Part shown: in pieces, positions 46,044 to 56,391 of the stretch
How the letters are laid out: every line of letters begins with the position of its first letter
How positions within the stretch are numbered: position 1 is the stretch's first letter
Assembly (NCBI GenBank): GCA_938008535.1
Contig: CALLKF010000070.1
Location: 950-64,949, forward strand
From: an uncultured Saprospirales bacterium
Lineage (GTDB): Bacteria; Bacteroidota; Bacteroidia; Chitinophagales; JADIYW01
Reading direction: 5' to 3'
DNA: 64,000 bases
Position numbers and translations under genes: made by a program
Notes under the pieces: model-generated
What the model saw: the letters and a program-made list of their open reading frames with translations, nothing else
The model's database searches: none
Told to the model about the DNA's origin: nothing

Positions 46044-47186
46044 CTAATACTGTTTCGTATCTAACCTATTTACTTCGCTCCAGCCTTGTGCTTTGAAGTC
46101 TATTGGTTCGTCACTTGCATAGTAAGTGCCTTGCGCATCGGTATAGTAGTGTTTGTATTTATCATCTAAGCGAACGCGCTCGCCGTTGGTTGGGTTTTCA
46201 AACTTCGCTTCACCGCCAATTACATCACGGAAACTTTCGTTGTTGCGGTCGTTCGATGCATTTCTATCATTTGTATTGCCTTGATGAATATTGTTAATCG
46301 CTTCGCGATATGCTTTTACATTTTCAAAATCTTTTTGTGCAATTTCGGCGTTCGCAGCATTACCTTTGCGGTTCATGTTACTGCATTGCTGCTGCCATTC
46401 CGGATTATACATCGTAGTGCCGCGAATATGTTTCAATACTGCATAATTTTCATCCAAATTATTTCCAGTAATAATAGCCGGAAACGCCGACCAGTTGTAA
46501 TACGTTTCGCCATTCATGTTGCTTGCCGTCATTTGGATGCCGCATTCCACGCGCATATTTTTGCCATCTTGTGTGCGTCCATCTACATACGCATGGCGCG
46601 AAGCTGGTTGTCCTTTAAACTGATTTTGTTCACCTAAATTTTGTTCGTTGCTAATTTGAAAATTAATTCCGTTTTGTTGCAAACGCGGCAACACTACTTG
46701 TTTTACATACGCCAGCGCATCCATCGGCGGCATTTCAAACGGTTGTAATTTTTGTTGCATGCCCATAGAACGGCTGGTTTCGCGCAAGCTGCGTGTGGTT
46801 GGTCCATCTGCATAAAAATAAGGTGAGTACGGAAGAATTTCAACAGAATTATTATTATCAGCAGAAACTGCTTTTACATACACTTGATTAATTGGTGTGG
46901 ATCCGTTCCAAATTCTAGTAAAAGAATTTTGTGCTTGCCAGCCAGTTGGTAGCTGCAACAATATAGCCGACATATTTTGAATGCCTGGATCTTTAATTTC
47001 ATAACCTTGGTATGCGCTGCTGCTGTTGTTGCCATTTCCACCTTCATTGTTATCTGTAATTGGTGTCAGCTTTACATATTTCAAACCATCGGTTGTGGTT
47101 AAGACTTCTTCCTTGTTTTTATTTTTAGTTTTCATGAAGTATGCAAGTACACACATTACTACTAAGAAGATGGCTATTTTTTTCAT
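46044..47186 (-). CDS. membrane-anchored/secreted N,Q-rich hypothetical protein
   Basis: 380 aa with an N-terminal TM or signal segment (MKKIAIFLVVMCVLAYF). Visibly GC-richer than its neighbours: 29/60 G+C in each of two 60-nt samples I counted. Confidence 0.65.
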   Translation of the reverse strand: MKKIAIFLVVMCVLAYFMKTKNKNKEEVLTTTDGLKYVKLTPITDNNEGGNGNNSSSAYQGYEIKDPGIQNMSAILLQLPTGWQAQNSFTRIWNGSTPINQVYVKAVSADNNNSVEILPYSPYFYADGPTTRSLRETSRSMGMQQKLQPFEMPPMDALAYVKQVVLPRLQQNGINFQISNEQNLGEQNQFKGQPASRHAYVDGRTQDGKNMRVECGIQMTASNMNGETYYNWSAFPAIITGNNLDENYAVLKHIRGTTMYNPEWQQQCSNMNRKGNAANAEIAQKDFENVKAYREAINNIHQGNTNDRNASNDRNNESFRDVIGGEAKFENPTNGERVRLDDKYKHYYTDAQGTYYASDEPIDFKAQGWSEVNRLDTKQY

Positions 47187-47386
47187 TGCTGTTATTTTAT
47201 GTTACAAAGTTGTGCGATTTTAAAACGAAAAGAAATACATAGTTTATAGTAGTATTGTCTGAATCATAATTTTTCGATTAAAGAATTTTAGGATTTAAAT
47301 TTGTCTGCCTACTACAAATTATGTATTGTTGCTACAATCGTGAATGGTGAAATTTGTGTATTCAATAACAAAAAAAAATCATTCTT

Positions 47387-48046
47387 ATGAAAAAATTAGC
47401 ATTCCTTTTTCTAGCAGTGGCAACATTTATTTCTTCTTGTAAAAAAGATGAAGACAAAGCAAAAATACAATCGCAAAAAATTGCAGATATTATTCCTGCA
47501 AAATATTTAGATACACTTAAACGTTTAGGTATAACCATTAACGAAGGTACTACACCGCCAAATGTAGTAGGCATTTATGGCATCAGTCCTGTGAAATCAA
47601 AAGCAAGCAATGTGCCTGGTGATGTGCCTGGTTCTATATTTTTTGCGAATGCAAAAGTAAAATTCTACGAACAAAATAACAGCGATTTTGGCATTCGACT
47701 TTTAGCAGTAAATATTCTAAGCTTTAAAGACACTTCATTATCAACAGCAATTTCTGGCTCAGGAAATAAGTTTACGGTTTATGGAAAAGTAAGAACCTAT
47801 TCAGGATTGAATACTGCTGTATTTGGTGTTGTATTTTCTGGTGAAATGGATGGAAGCAGCATAAAAAATGTACAATGGGGTCTTATTAATATAGACGATT
47901 CACAAGGTAACGGTGCATTTATCAGCGAAGGTCAGGCACGTTTACAATATGATATTGATTTTATTTCTGAATCTATAAGTTCATTAAGATTGTTAAACAC
48001 TACAAATCCGAAAGAAAAAGGTATTGCTTCGGCATGTACACATTAA
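47387..48046 (+). CDS. lipoprotein, unknown function
   Basis: 219 aa starting MKKLAFLFLAVATFISSCKKD. Confidence 0.65.
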   Translation: MKKLAFLFLAVATFISSCKKDEDKAKIQSQKIADIIPAKYLDTLKRLGITINEGTTPPNVVGIYGISPVKSKASNVPGDVPGSIFFANAKVKFYEQNNSDFGIRLLAVNILSFKDTSLSTAISGSGNKFTVYGKVRTYSGLNTAVFGVVFSGEMDGSSIKNVQWGLINIDDSQGNGAFISEGQARLQYDIDFISESISSLRLLNTTNPKEKGIASACTH

Positions 48047-48076
48047 CCGACTAAAACCATAATTCTTTTCACTTGA

Positions 48077-48106
48077 GCCATTCGTATTCATACGAATGGC
48101 TTTTTT
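48077..48106 (+). terminator. intrinsic terminator
   Basis: GCCATTCGTA-TTCA-TACGAATGGC forms a 10-bp stem followed by TTTTTT. Confidence 0.88.
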
Positions 48107-48165
48107 AATAGTTTGCTTAAACGGAAAGTAATTTAAAAGAAGTAATTTTGTGTAAAATAGATTTT

Positions 48166-48585
48166 ATGGAATATACCATTGGCGAAAAAGTGCGTTTAGA
48201 AATTGGAAGACCAACCAATCTTGGCATTCATGTAATTATTAATGAAAAAGAGGAAGGGTTAATTTATCACAATGAAATTTTCCAACAACTTACACTTGGT
48301 CAACAGATTGATGGCTATATAAAAAATATTCGCGAAGATGGAAAGATAGATGTGAGTTTGCAGCAACAAGGATTTTTAAATACGATTGAGCAAAATTGTA
48401 CCGTTATTTTAGACAAACTGAATGCAAAGAAAGGTTGTTTAAAATTAAATGACAAAAGCTCACCTATTGAAATTCAACAGGAATTAAACATGAGTAAAAA
48501 ATCGTTTAAAAGTGCCGTAGGTTTCTTATTTAAGCAACAAAAGATAAGAATAGAAGCCGATGGAATTTATTTAGTTAAACAGTAA
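48166..48585 (+). CDS. S1-like RNA-binding domain protein with C-terminal winged helix (CvfB/YitL C-terminal-like)
   Basis: Starts MEYTIGEKVRLEIGRPTNLGIHVII...GLIYHNEI, with SKKSFKSAVGFLFKQQKI near the C-terminus. TAATTTTG at 48143-48150 overlaps the track's TTG start, so I use the ATG at 48166. Confidence 0.65.
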   Translation: MEYTIGEKVRLEIGRPTNLGIHVIINEKEEGLIYHNEIFQQLTLGQQIDGYIKNIREDGKIDVSLQQQGFLNTIEQNCTVILDKLNAKKGCLKLNDKSSPIEIQQELNMSKKSFKSAVGFLFKQQKIRIEADGIYLVKQ

Positions 48586-48625
48586 AAATTTATTTTTCTA
48601 TCTTTGAATTTGAAGTATTGCAACC

Positions 48626-49993
48626 ATGAACCATTACAAGCTACAAATTTCTATTTCTACTTTTTTAAATTCTATAGCAAAGTTGGTGCTTTTGGCTTTA
48701 TTGATTTGTGTTTCTACAACAATTTTTTCTCAAGATTTGATGGCAACTTCATCATCTAAAAAACAAAAACACAAAAGATGTAAAAGAGAAAAGATGGATG
48801 AAACTCCATTATCAAAACAACCTGCATACACTATTATAAAAGATTCTGCTGTTGTAAACAATACATTACAAATCCACAACGACACCCTTTTTAATAAAAA
48901 TTATGTACTAAAGAAAATCATTACTTCATACGATTTAATTCCAGACACCACTTTTCAAAATGAATACGCATATTCTGTCCACAACGACACTGTTTTTCAT
49001 TACGATTATATTGCTGCAGATCCTGCTTACAATTACACTGGAAAAATAAAAATGGCGAAACCGTACCCGTTTTTTCGTCCTTCTGAAGAATTGAATAAAC
49101 CGCGTGTTGCATTTGTAAGTACATTTATTGGTGGCATGTATGCAGCAGCCAATGTTTGGTGGAGCAGTGCTTGGTATTCAAAATATGATAGAGGAAAATT
49201 CCATACGTTTAATGATTGGAATGAGTGGCAACAAATGGATAAAATTGCGCATGCAAACAATGCCTATTTTGAAGCACGCTGGCATTACGATTTATTTAAA
49301 TGGGCTGGCGTGAAAGAAAAACATGCCATTTGGATTGGGTTTTTGATGGCGAATTTATGGCAAGGTTCTATAGAAGTGAATGACGGATTTCAGAAAAAAT
49401 GGGGTTTTTCCTGGGGCGACATGTCGATGAACTTAGCAGGTTCTTTATTGTTTTTAGGACAACAATATTTATGGCACGACCAACGCATAAATATGAAAAT
49501 ATCTGCATTTCCAGTGAATTATTCAAAATATGGCGATGAAGTGAAAGCTCGTGCTGATAAACTTTATGGTACTTCAATTACTGAATTGATTTTAAAAGAT
49601 TATAATGCGATGACTTTTTGGCTAAGCGTTAGTCCAGGTTCATTTATTAGAAATCCAAAAAGTAAATTTCCAAAATGCATACAAGTATCTTTTGGAATGG
49701 GCGCCAGTGGCATGCTAGGTGGTGTAAAAAATGTATGGTCGAAAAATGATTTAGGTGGCGACCAAAACCTCAATAATGTCAATCCAGCAGATTTGATTGA
49801 CCGTACTGATATTGCACGTGTTCGTCGTTTTTATTTATCTATGGATTTAGATTGGACGAAATTGCCTGTTAAAAAACATTGGGCAAAAGGTTTAATGCAA
49901 GTATTAAATATCATCAAACTACCTTTTCCTGCTGTAGAATTCAACAACAACCAACACGGCAGCAAAGTAGCGTGGCACTGGCTGAAGTTTTAA
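48626..49993 (+). CDS. hypothetical envelope protein (possibly DUF2279-like)
   Basis: 455 aa with an N-terminal hydrophobic segment and a W/Y-rich central region (FNDWNEWQQMDKIAHANNAYF). The family assignment is from memory only. Confidence 0.55.
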   Translation: MNHYKLQISISTFLNSIAKLVLLALLICVSTTIFSQDLMATSSSKKQKHKRCKREKMDETPLSKQPAYTIIKDSAVVNNTLQIHNDTLFNKNYVLKKIITSYDLIPDTTFQNEYAYSVHNDTVFHYDYIAADPAYNYTGKIKMAKPYPFFRPSEELNKPRVAFVSTFIGGMYAAANVWWSSAWYSKYDRGKFHTFNDWNEWQQMDKIAHANNAYFEARWHYDLFKWAGVKEKHAIWIGFLMANLWQGSIEVNDGFQKKWGFSWGDMSMNLAGSLLFLGQQYLWHDQRINMKISAFPVNYSKYGDEVKARADKLYGTSITELILKDYNAMTFWLSVSPGSFIRNPKSKFPKCIQVSFGMGASGMLGGVKNVWSKNDLGGDQNLNNVNPADLIDRTDIARVRRFYLSMDLDWTKLPVKKHWAKGLMQVLNIIKLPFPAVEFNNNQHGSKVAWHWLKF

Positions 49994-50067
49994 TAAAGCG
50001 AAGGTGATAGTGAAAGTGAAAGTTGTTTTTCGCCGTTGATTTCCAACTAACAACCATTTCGATTCAA

Positions 50068-50322
50068 TTAAAACTTAAAATGCACAAACAATCGTCCGAA
50101 ATTTTTGCTGTCTTTTTCGATGCGATGATATTGCTGTTTGATATGTTTTTGTTCTAAAAACCGCAATACTGATTTCTTGAGTTGTCCGCTGCCTTTGCCT
50201 GGAATGATTTCTACTAATTTCGTTCCAGTATAAACGGCTTCGTCGATAGCATTATTCAGCGCGGCTTCTATTTTGGTGCCGTTATTAAAACAATCGTGTA
50301 AGTCAACTACTATTTTAGCCAT
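50068..50322 (-). CDS. Smr-domain protein
   Basis: Starts MAKIVVDLHD and contains VEIIPGKGSGQLKKSVLRFL. The track start at 50346 adds 8 aa. Confidence 0.8.
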   Translation of the reverse strand: MAKIVVDLHDCFNNGTKIEAALNNAIDEAVYTGTKLVEIIPGKGSGQLKKSVLRFLEQKHIKQQYHRIEKDSKNFGRLFVHFKF

Positions 50323-50375
50323 GTTTTTTTTTATTAAAACCATCAATGTTTTGAAAAGCGTGATGGTTTAGTATT

Positions 50376-51776
50376 TTATTTCAAACCGCCGATCATGTCT
50401 TCCGGTTTTACCCATTCGTCGAATTGCTTCGCCGTAACATAACCTAATTTGATAGCAGTATCTTTTAAAGTTGCATTGTTTTTGTGCGCCGTTTGCGCAA
50501 TTTCTGCAGATTTGTAATAACCAATTTTTGTATTTAATGCAGTTACCAACATCAAACTATTTTCTAAATTCTTTTTGATGTTATCCGTTAATGGAATAAT
50601 TCCTGTAGCGCATCTGTCATTAAACGACACGCACACATCACCTATCAATCTTGCAGAATGTAAGAAATTATAGATCATCATTGGTTTAAAAACATTCAAC
50701 TCAAAATGTCCATTACTTCCACCAATATTGATGGCAACGTCGTTACCTAACACTTGCGCTGCAACCATTGTCATCGCTTCGCATTGAGTAGGATTTACTT
50801 TTCCAGGCATGATAGATGAACCAGGTTCATTATCAGGAATATGAATTTCTCCGATGCCACAACGCGGTCCGGACGACAACATACGTATATCATTTCCGAT
50901 TTTCATTAAAGAAACAGCAACGGTTTTCAATGCGCCATGTGCTTCCACAATTGCGTCATGTGCTGCTAATGATTCAAATTTATTATGTGCTGTGATGAAA
51001 GGCAAACCTGTTAAGTTAGCAATTTCTTTGGCTACATTTTTCGCGTAACCTTTTGGTGTGTTGATACCTGTACCAACAGCCGTTCCGCCAAGCGCTAACT
51101 CAGACAAATGCTCTAATGTATTTTCTATTGCTTTAATTCCGTGATCTAATTGAGAAACATAACCGGAAAATTCCTGACCTAACGTTAATGGTGTTGCATC
51201 CATAAAATGCGTGCGACCAATTTTTACAATCTTTGCAAACTCTTTCGATTTTTTTGCTAACGTATTTCTAAGCTTTTTAATTCCAGGTAACGTTGTTTCC
51301 ATTAAAATAGAATATGCTGCAATGTGCATTGCCGTTGGAAATGTATCGTTAGATGATTGTGATTTATTGACATCATCGTTCGGATTGATTGCTTTTTTTT
51401 CATCTGTTAATTGTCCGCCAAGCAACACATGCGCACGATACGCAATTACTTCGTTCACATTCATATTTGATTGAGTACCTGAACCAGTCTGCCAAACTAC
51501 TAATGGAAACTGATCATTTAACTTGCCAGCTAAAATTTCATCACATACTTTTCCTATAATATCTGATTTAGATTTCTCTAAAACTTTTGCTTTGTAATTA
51601 GTAATCGCTGCTGCTTTTTTCAGGTAAGCAAACGCACGAATAATTTCTTTCGGCATTTTGTTGATGTCTTGTGCGATTTGAAAATTCTCGATTGAGCGTT
51701 GTGTTTGTGCACCGTAGTAAGCGTCAATTGGAACGTTTACTTTTCCCATGGTGTCTTTTTCGATTCTGTATTGCAT
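50376..51776 (-). CDS. fumC: class II fumarate hydratase
   Basis: 466 aa with the signature [16 protein letters not shown] and the N-terminal EKDTMG...YGAQTQRS. Confidence 0.97.
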   Translation of the reverse strand: MQYRIEKDTMGKVNVPIDAYYGAQTQRSIENFQIAQDINKMPKEIIRAFAYLKKAAAITNYKAKVLEKSKSDIIGKVCDEILAGKLNDQFPLVVWQTGSGTQSNMNVNEVIAYRAHVLLGGQLTDEKKAINPNDDVNKSQSSNDTFPTAMHIAAYSILMETTLPGIKKLRNTLAKKSKEFAKIVKIGRTHFMDATPLTLGQEFSGYVSQLDHGIKAIENTLEHLSELALGGTAVGTGINTPKGYAKNVAKEIANLTGLPFITAHNKFESLAAHDAIVEAHGALKTVAVSLMKIGNDIRMLSSGPRCGIGEIHIPDNEPGSSIMPGKVNPTQCEAMTMVAAQVLGNDVAINIGGSNGHFELNVFKPMMIYNFLHSARLIGDVCVSFNDRCATGIIPLTDNIKKNLENSLMLVTALNTKIGYYKSAEIAQTAHKNNATLKDTAIKLGYVTAKQFDEWVKPEDMIGGLK

Positions 51777-51780
51777 TGTT

Positions 51781-51815
51781 TAGTATTGAGTAGTGAGTAA
51801 TTAGTATTTAGTAAT
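51781..51815. repeat. heptanucleotide tandem repeat (5 units) filling the intergenic gap upstream of fumC
   Basis: + strand units TAGTATT GAGTAGT GAGTAAT TAGTATT TAGTAAT, lying between the upstream stop (51816-51818) and the fumC ATG (51774-51776). Confidence 0.8.
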
Positions 51816-52463
51816 TTATCCAGCCATAATAACACGGTCGAATTTAAGTTTATTTTCTTTATTGATTATAAAAATAAGGATTGCAGCACTTTCTGTTTTG
51901 TTATCTTCGTTGCCATCTTCTTCAATTCCGTAAGCTGAATCTAATGAAATGCTTACTGATTTATCAGACGCATCATATGAAACTGATGTAGAATATTGTG
52001 CATCGTCGTTTTTTACTTTCCAACTAGTAGAAGATGCGTAATTATTTTGTAAGAGCGAATCGCTTTTCATTGGCAATAATCCTTTTACAAAATCAGTACG
52101 AAATATTTGTTTGTAATATTTTGTAAATTCTTCTTCTGATTGCAAATTGGTGGCTTTTCTAAAGTCTTTGTTTGTATTATAGTTAATCACTGCTAATAAA
52201 CCGTCTGCTTGTTCCGTTGTCAAAGGAAAATCAAAAAAAGATTTTATTACTGGTAAATCATTTTGATATAATGCTTGGCGAAATTTTTGAAATTCTAAAA
52301 TCCAGATTGGATATTTTTGTGCATCTACCTGAACAACTGTTAAGCTATCCGTATTTATTATAGTTTCAGCAGAAGTTACATCTTGTTTTATTTCATTTTT
52401 ACAAGATGAAAACACGATAAGAATTATGCTAAAAATAAAGAAATGCTTCGCTTTACTTAACAT
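51816..52463 (-). CDS. lipoprotein, unknown function
   Basis: 215 aa starting MLSKAKHFFIFSIILIVFSSCKNE. Confidence 0.6.
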   Translation of the reverse strand: MLSKAKHFFIFSIILIVFSSCKNEIKQDVTSAETIINTDSLTVVQVDAQKYPIWILEFQKFRQALYQNDLPVIKSFFDFPLTTEQADGLLAVINYNTNKDFRKATNLQSEEEFTKYYKQIFRTDFVKGLLPMKSDSLLQNNYASSTSWKVKNDDAQYSTSVSYDASDKSVSISLDSAYGIEEDGNEDNKTESAAILIFIINKENKLKFDRVIMAG

Positions 52464-52473
52464 GACATTGATA

Positions 52474-53253
52474 TTATTTTCCTTTAAATTCTGGTTTGCG
52501 TTTTTCTAAGAATGCATTAACACCTTCTTTTACATCTTCTGTATGAAACAAAGATGCGAATGCGTTTACTTCATAATCGAAACCATCAACACCATCTTTA
52601 AAATATGCATTGGTGCATTCAATTACTTTAGCAATGGCAACTGGTCCTTTTGTTGCAGTTTTATTGATGATTGTTTTTGCTTTTTCGATTGCTGTACTTT
52701 TATCTGCTTCAACATAATTTACCAAACCTAAATTTAAGGCAGTTTGTGCATCTATCATATCAGCAGTTAAATGTAATTCTAATGCTTTTGCTTTTCCTAT
52801 GTATTGTATTAACCGTTGTGTTCCACCGTAGCCAGCAATAATACCAAGGTTCACTTCTGGTTGGCCGAATTTTGCATTTGGTGTTGCAATTCGTAAATGA
52901 CAAGCCATGGATAATTCGCAACCACCACCAAGCGCAAAGCCGTTTACTACAGCAATTACTGGCACTGACATTTGTTCTATCAAAAAGAAAATATCGTGAC
53001 CACGTTGTGCTAATGCTTTTGCGTTATCAATATTCAACCCATTAAATTCAGAAATATCTGCACCAGCAACAAATGCTTTTTCGCCAGCACCAGTTACTAT
53101 AATTCCTTTAAGCGTTTCTTGTTTTGCTTGTTCAAAAGCAGTTTTAATCTCAACAATGGTTTCGCCATTCAACGCATTTAATTTATCAGCGCGATTGATA
53201 GTAATAGTAAGAATTCCATCTTCTAAATTCCACAACAAATTTTTAAATTCCAT
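52474..53253 (-). CDS. enoyl-CoA hydratase (crotonase family)
   Basis: Starts MEFKNLLWNLEDGILTITINRADKLNAL and contains GAGEKAFVAGADI and VNGFALGGGCEL. The track start at 53304 overlaps nuoN. Confidence 0.9.
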   Translation of the reverse strand: MEFKNLLWNLEDGILTITINRADKLNALNGETIVEIKTAFEQAKQETLKGIIVTGAGEKAFVAGADISEFNGLNIDNAKALAQRGHDIFFLIEQMSVPVIAVVNGFALGGGCELSMACHLRIATPNAKFGQPEVNLGIIAGYGGTQRLIQYIGKAKALELHLTADMIDAQTALNLGLVNYVEADKSTAIEKAKTIINKTATKGPVAIAKVIECTNAYFKDGVDGFDYEVNAFASLFHTEDVKEGVNAFLEKRKPEFKGK

Positions 53254-53263
53254 GAATGTATTT

Positions 53264-54637
53264 TTATCTGAATAATAAATTATAGCATGCATCTGGTAAT
53301 ACACCTAATAAAATAATGAGTATAGAAATTAGTACTAAACCAATTTTATCTAACCATGATAATTCAATTTTTGCTGAATTAATTTCTTTGCCAGAAAAGA
53401 TAGCAATGATTATTTTGAAGTAATAATACACACCAATTAACGATGCTAAAATTGCAATTACTGCAATGAGTACGCTTTTATTTTGAATGGTATTTAACAA
53501 CACAAAATATTTTGCAAAAAAACCAGCCATTGGTGGAATTCCAGCCATCGATAACAATGCAATTGTCATTGTGCCTGCTAATAATGGATTTCGTTTTACC
53601 AAACCATTGAAAGCAGAAATGTCGTGATTGTCTAATTTAATAAGCACCCAAAATGCTGCCATGCTTGACAATGTATATGCTGTAAGATAATACCAAACCA
53701 CATACGGTGTTGAAGGACTTAACATCGTATTTGCCAACAACACAAAACCTGCGTGTCCGATGCTTGAAAATGCCAACAAACGTTTGGTGTTAGATTGTGA
53801 TGCAGCAATTACATTTCCGACAACAATAGTAAGCACAGAAATAATAATTAAAGTTGTAGTAAAAGTTGTAGCATCGAAAACTAATACTATAGAAAACAAT
53901 CTATAGAAACCAGCTAATGCGCCTAATTTTACTATGGTTGACATATATGCAGTTACAACCGTTGGCGCACCTGTGTAAACATCTGGAGTCCAAAAATGAA
54001 ATGGTACAGCAGAAACTTTAAATGCCATTGCAAATAAAATTAATAATAAACCAATGGTGAGTAATTGTTTGCTGACACCTGCACCTAAAACACTTGACGA
54101 TGCAATTTGAAGCGTGTTAAATGAACCAGTTCCACCGTAAACAAATGTGATTCCAAGCAATAAAAATCCGCTTGCAAATGCGCCTAATAAAAAATATTTA
54201 AAAGCTGCTTCATTTGAGTACGTATTTCTTTTGTCGCTACCAGCTAATACATATACTGGTATTGATAAAATTTCGACACCTAAAAACAACATAGACATAT
54301 GTGTGTAAGAAGTTAAAAGAAATACACCAACCATAGAAAATAAAACCAAAGCAAAATGATCGGAAAGATTGGTTTCATCTTTAAAATAATTTTTTGCCAT
54401 CACAAACCAAAAAATCGCCAAGACTGAAAGTAGTAGAGTGAATACTAATGGAATTTTATCTAACAATAACATGTTGAAGATATTTTCGTTGTTACCAGCC
54501 ATAATATCATTCAAACAGAAAAATATATTCAAACACAAACCAGCAATGACTGCTGGAAAAATAATTTTTCTTGCATTTATCATTTCTGCTAACAAAGCAA
54601 AAATTCCTAAACTTGATAATAATAATAGTTCCTTCAT
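53264..54637 (-). CDS. nuoN: NADH-quinone oxidoreductase subunit N
   Basis: 457 aa antiporter-like subunit in the last position of the nuo cluster. Confidence 0.92.
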   Translation of the reverse strand: MKELLLLSSLGIFALLAEMINARKIIFPAVIAGLCLNIFFCLNDIMAGNNENIFNMLLLDKIPLVFTLLLSVLAIFWFVMAKNYFKDETNLSDHFALVLFSMVGVFLLTSYTHMSMLFLGVEILSIPVYVLAGSDKRNTYSNEAAFKYFLLGAFASGFLLLGITFVYGGTGSFNTLQIASSSVLGAGVSKQLLTIGLLLILFAMAFKVSAVPFHFWTPDVYTGAPTVVTAYMSTIVKLGALAGFYRLFSIVLVFDATTFTTTLIIISVLTIVVGNVIAASQSNTKRLLAFSSIGHAGFVLLANTMLSPSTPYVVWYYLTAYTLSSMAAFWVLIKLDNHDISAFNGLVKRNPLLAGTMTIALLSMAGIPPMAGFFAKYFVLLNTIQNKSVLIAVIAILASLIGVYYYFKIIIAIFSGKEINSAKIELSWLDKIGLVLISILIILLGVLPDACYNLLFR

Positions 54638-54669
54638 CTTTTTATTTAAACCTTCAACAGATTTCTTAT

Positions 54670-56148
54670 TTATTTTTTTACAACCATTGCTGTTACTTCA
54701 TGCACATGATCGATTATTTGTTTGATTTGATTTTCTGAACCATCTAAAATAAGATTTGGAAATAAACCAAAAAAGATAATCAATCCAGCAAAACATGCTA
54801 ATAGTATTTTTTCATTTACTGTAATCACACCAAACGATTCTGTTAATGCATTGGTATCGCCATGCATAATATGTTGGTATGCGCGCAACATATACAACGC
54901 ACCAAAAATCACCGTTAAGCCAGCAAACACTACAACTACTGTGTTGTATTGGAATAATCCGTGCAACAATAAAAATTCACCAACAAAGCCATTGGTTAAA
55001 GGCAATGCTACACTTCCTAATAAAATAATTAAAAACAAAACAGAAAACACACGCGATACATTTCTGATACCACCTAACTTATGCATTTCATCTGTTTTCA
55101 TTCTATTTGTAATAATATCACACACGAAGAATAATGCAACCACGTTAATTCCATGCGATAACATTTGATACATTGCGCCTTGTACACCTTGTAAATTCAT
55201 GGTGAAAATTCCAGCAGCAATTAAACCAACGTGACCAATAGAAGAATACGCTAGCATGCGTTTGAAATTATGTTGTGTCAAAGCCATCAACGAACCATAA
55301 ACCACACTTATCACACTTAAAATAATTACATATTTTGATGCTTGTTGCCAACCTAATGGAACAACAGGAATTAACCAAATGATGAGTGCATAAGTTCCCA
55401 TTTTCAACATGATTCCAGACAATAACATAGTGCCTTGTGTAGGTGCATTTACGTAAGTATCAGGTTGCCAAGTGTGTAATGGAAAAATTGGAATTTTGAT
55501 AGCAAACGCCAAATAAAATGCAATAAAAACAAACAGTTGTTCTTTCGCTGTGAGTAATGCGCCAGCTTTATAAAATGAATGAATATCGAACGAACGATTT
55601 TCGGTGTGTAACCAAACATAAATGATTGCCAATAACATGAATAAACTTCCAAATAATGTATAAACGAAAAATTTGAAGGTAATTTTTTGTCTGTTTTCGC
55701 CACCAAATACTAAACATATCAAATAGATTGGAATGAGTGCCAATTCCCAGAAAATATAGAACAACAATGCATCTTGCGCTAAAAAGACACCAACCAAAGC
55801 AGTTTGCATGATTAGCATTAATGATAAATATGCTTTGATATTTTTGATGTCTCTTTCAAAAGTTGACTGAATAATAAAAGGTACAATTAAGGTAGTAAGC
55901 AAAACTAATACGCTGTTGATACCATTAAGTTGAAGATGAAAATTTGCGTTTAGGTTTTGAATCCAAATAGTGTTCCAGTTGAAACATGCACACGTCGGAT
56001 TTATTTGGTATTGATAAAACGCATAAAAGCCAACACACATTTCTGTAAGTGCTGCTACTAGCGCAATGTTTTTTGATTGTTTTTCACTAAACAATAATAG
56101 TATTGGAACAAACAAAACTGGTAATATGAGTAATAGTAATACTAACAT
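54670..56148 (-). CDS. nuoM: NADH-quinone oxidoreductase subunit M
   Basis: 492 aa with FYIFWELALIPIYL and HTWQPDTYV. Confidence 0.94.
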   Translation of the reverse strand: MLVLLLLILPVLFVPILLLFSEKQSKNIALVAALTEMCVGFYAFYQYQINPTCACFNWNTIWIQNLNANFHLQLNGINSVLVLLTTLIVPFIIQSTFERDIKNIKAYLSLMLIMQTALVGVFLAQDALLFYIFWELALIPIYLICLVFGGENRQKITFKFFVYTLFGSLFMLLAIIYVWLHTENRSFDIHSFYKAGALLTAKEQLFVFIAFYLAFAIKIPIFPLHTWQPDTYVNAPTQGTMLLSGIMLKMGTYALIIWLIPVVPLGWQQASKYVIILSVISVVYGSLMALTQHNFKRMLAYSSIGHVGLIAAGIFTMNLQGVQGAMYQMLSHGINVVALFFVCDIITNRMKTDEMHKLGGIRNVSRVFSVLFLIILLGSVALPLTNGFVGEFLLLHGLFQYNTVVVVFAGLTVIFGALYMLRAYQHIMHGDTNALTESFGVITVNEKILLACFAGLIIFFGLFPNLILDGSENQIKQIIDHVHEVTAMVVKK

Positions 56149-56151
56149 AAA

Positions 56152-56388
56152 TTAATGGAACAGACAGAATATTTTTTGAATAATGATGCTATACGAAAAC
56201 TCAAATACATGTTGTATGGAGCTTGATAAAAATGATGAAATCTGCATATCGATTTTACCGCTTAATGCCAATAAAACCAACTGAGCACCGCCAATAAATA
56301 AAGCAATTTTTTGCACATATTTTTGGTTGATTAAATGCAATGCAGGAATACTAATCACTAACACTGTTAAACAAATTAAAACAATCAT
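56152..56388 (-). CDS. 78-aa two-TM ORF between nuoL and nuoM (resembles the NuoM N-terminus)
   Basis: 3-nt gaps on both sides. MIVLICLTVLVISIPALHLINQKYVQKIALFIGG aligns without gaps to NuoM MLVLLLLILPVLFVPILLLFSEKQSKNIALVAAL. Coding status is uncertain. Confidence 0.45.
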   Translation of the reverse strand: MIVLICLTVLVISIPALHLINQKYVQKIALFIGGAQLVLLALSGKIDMQISSFLSSSIQHVFEFSYSIIIQKIFCLFH

Positions 56389-56391
56389 ACT

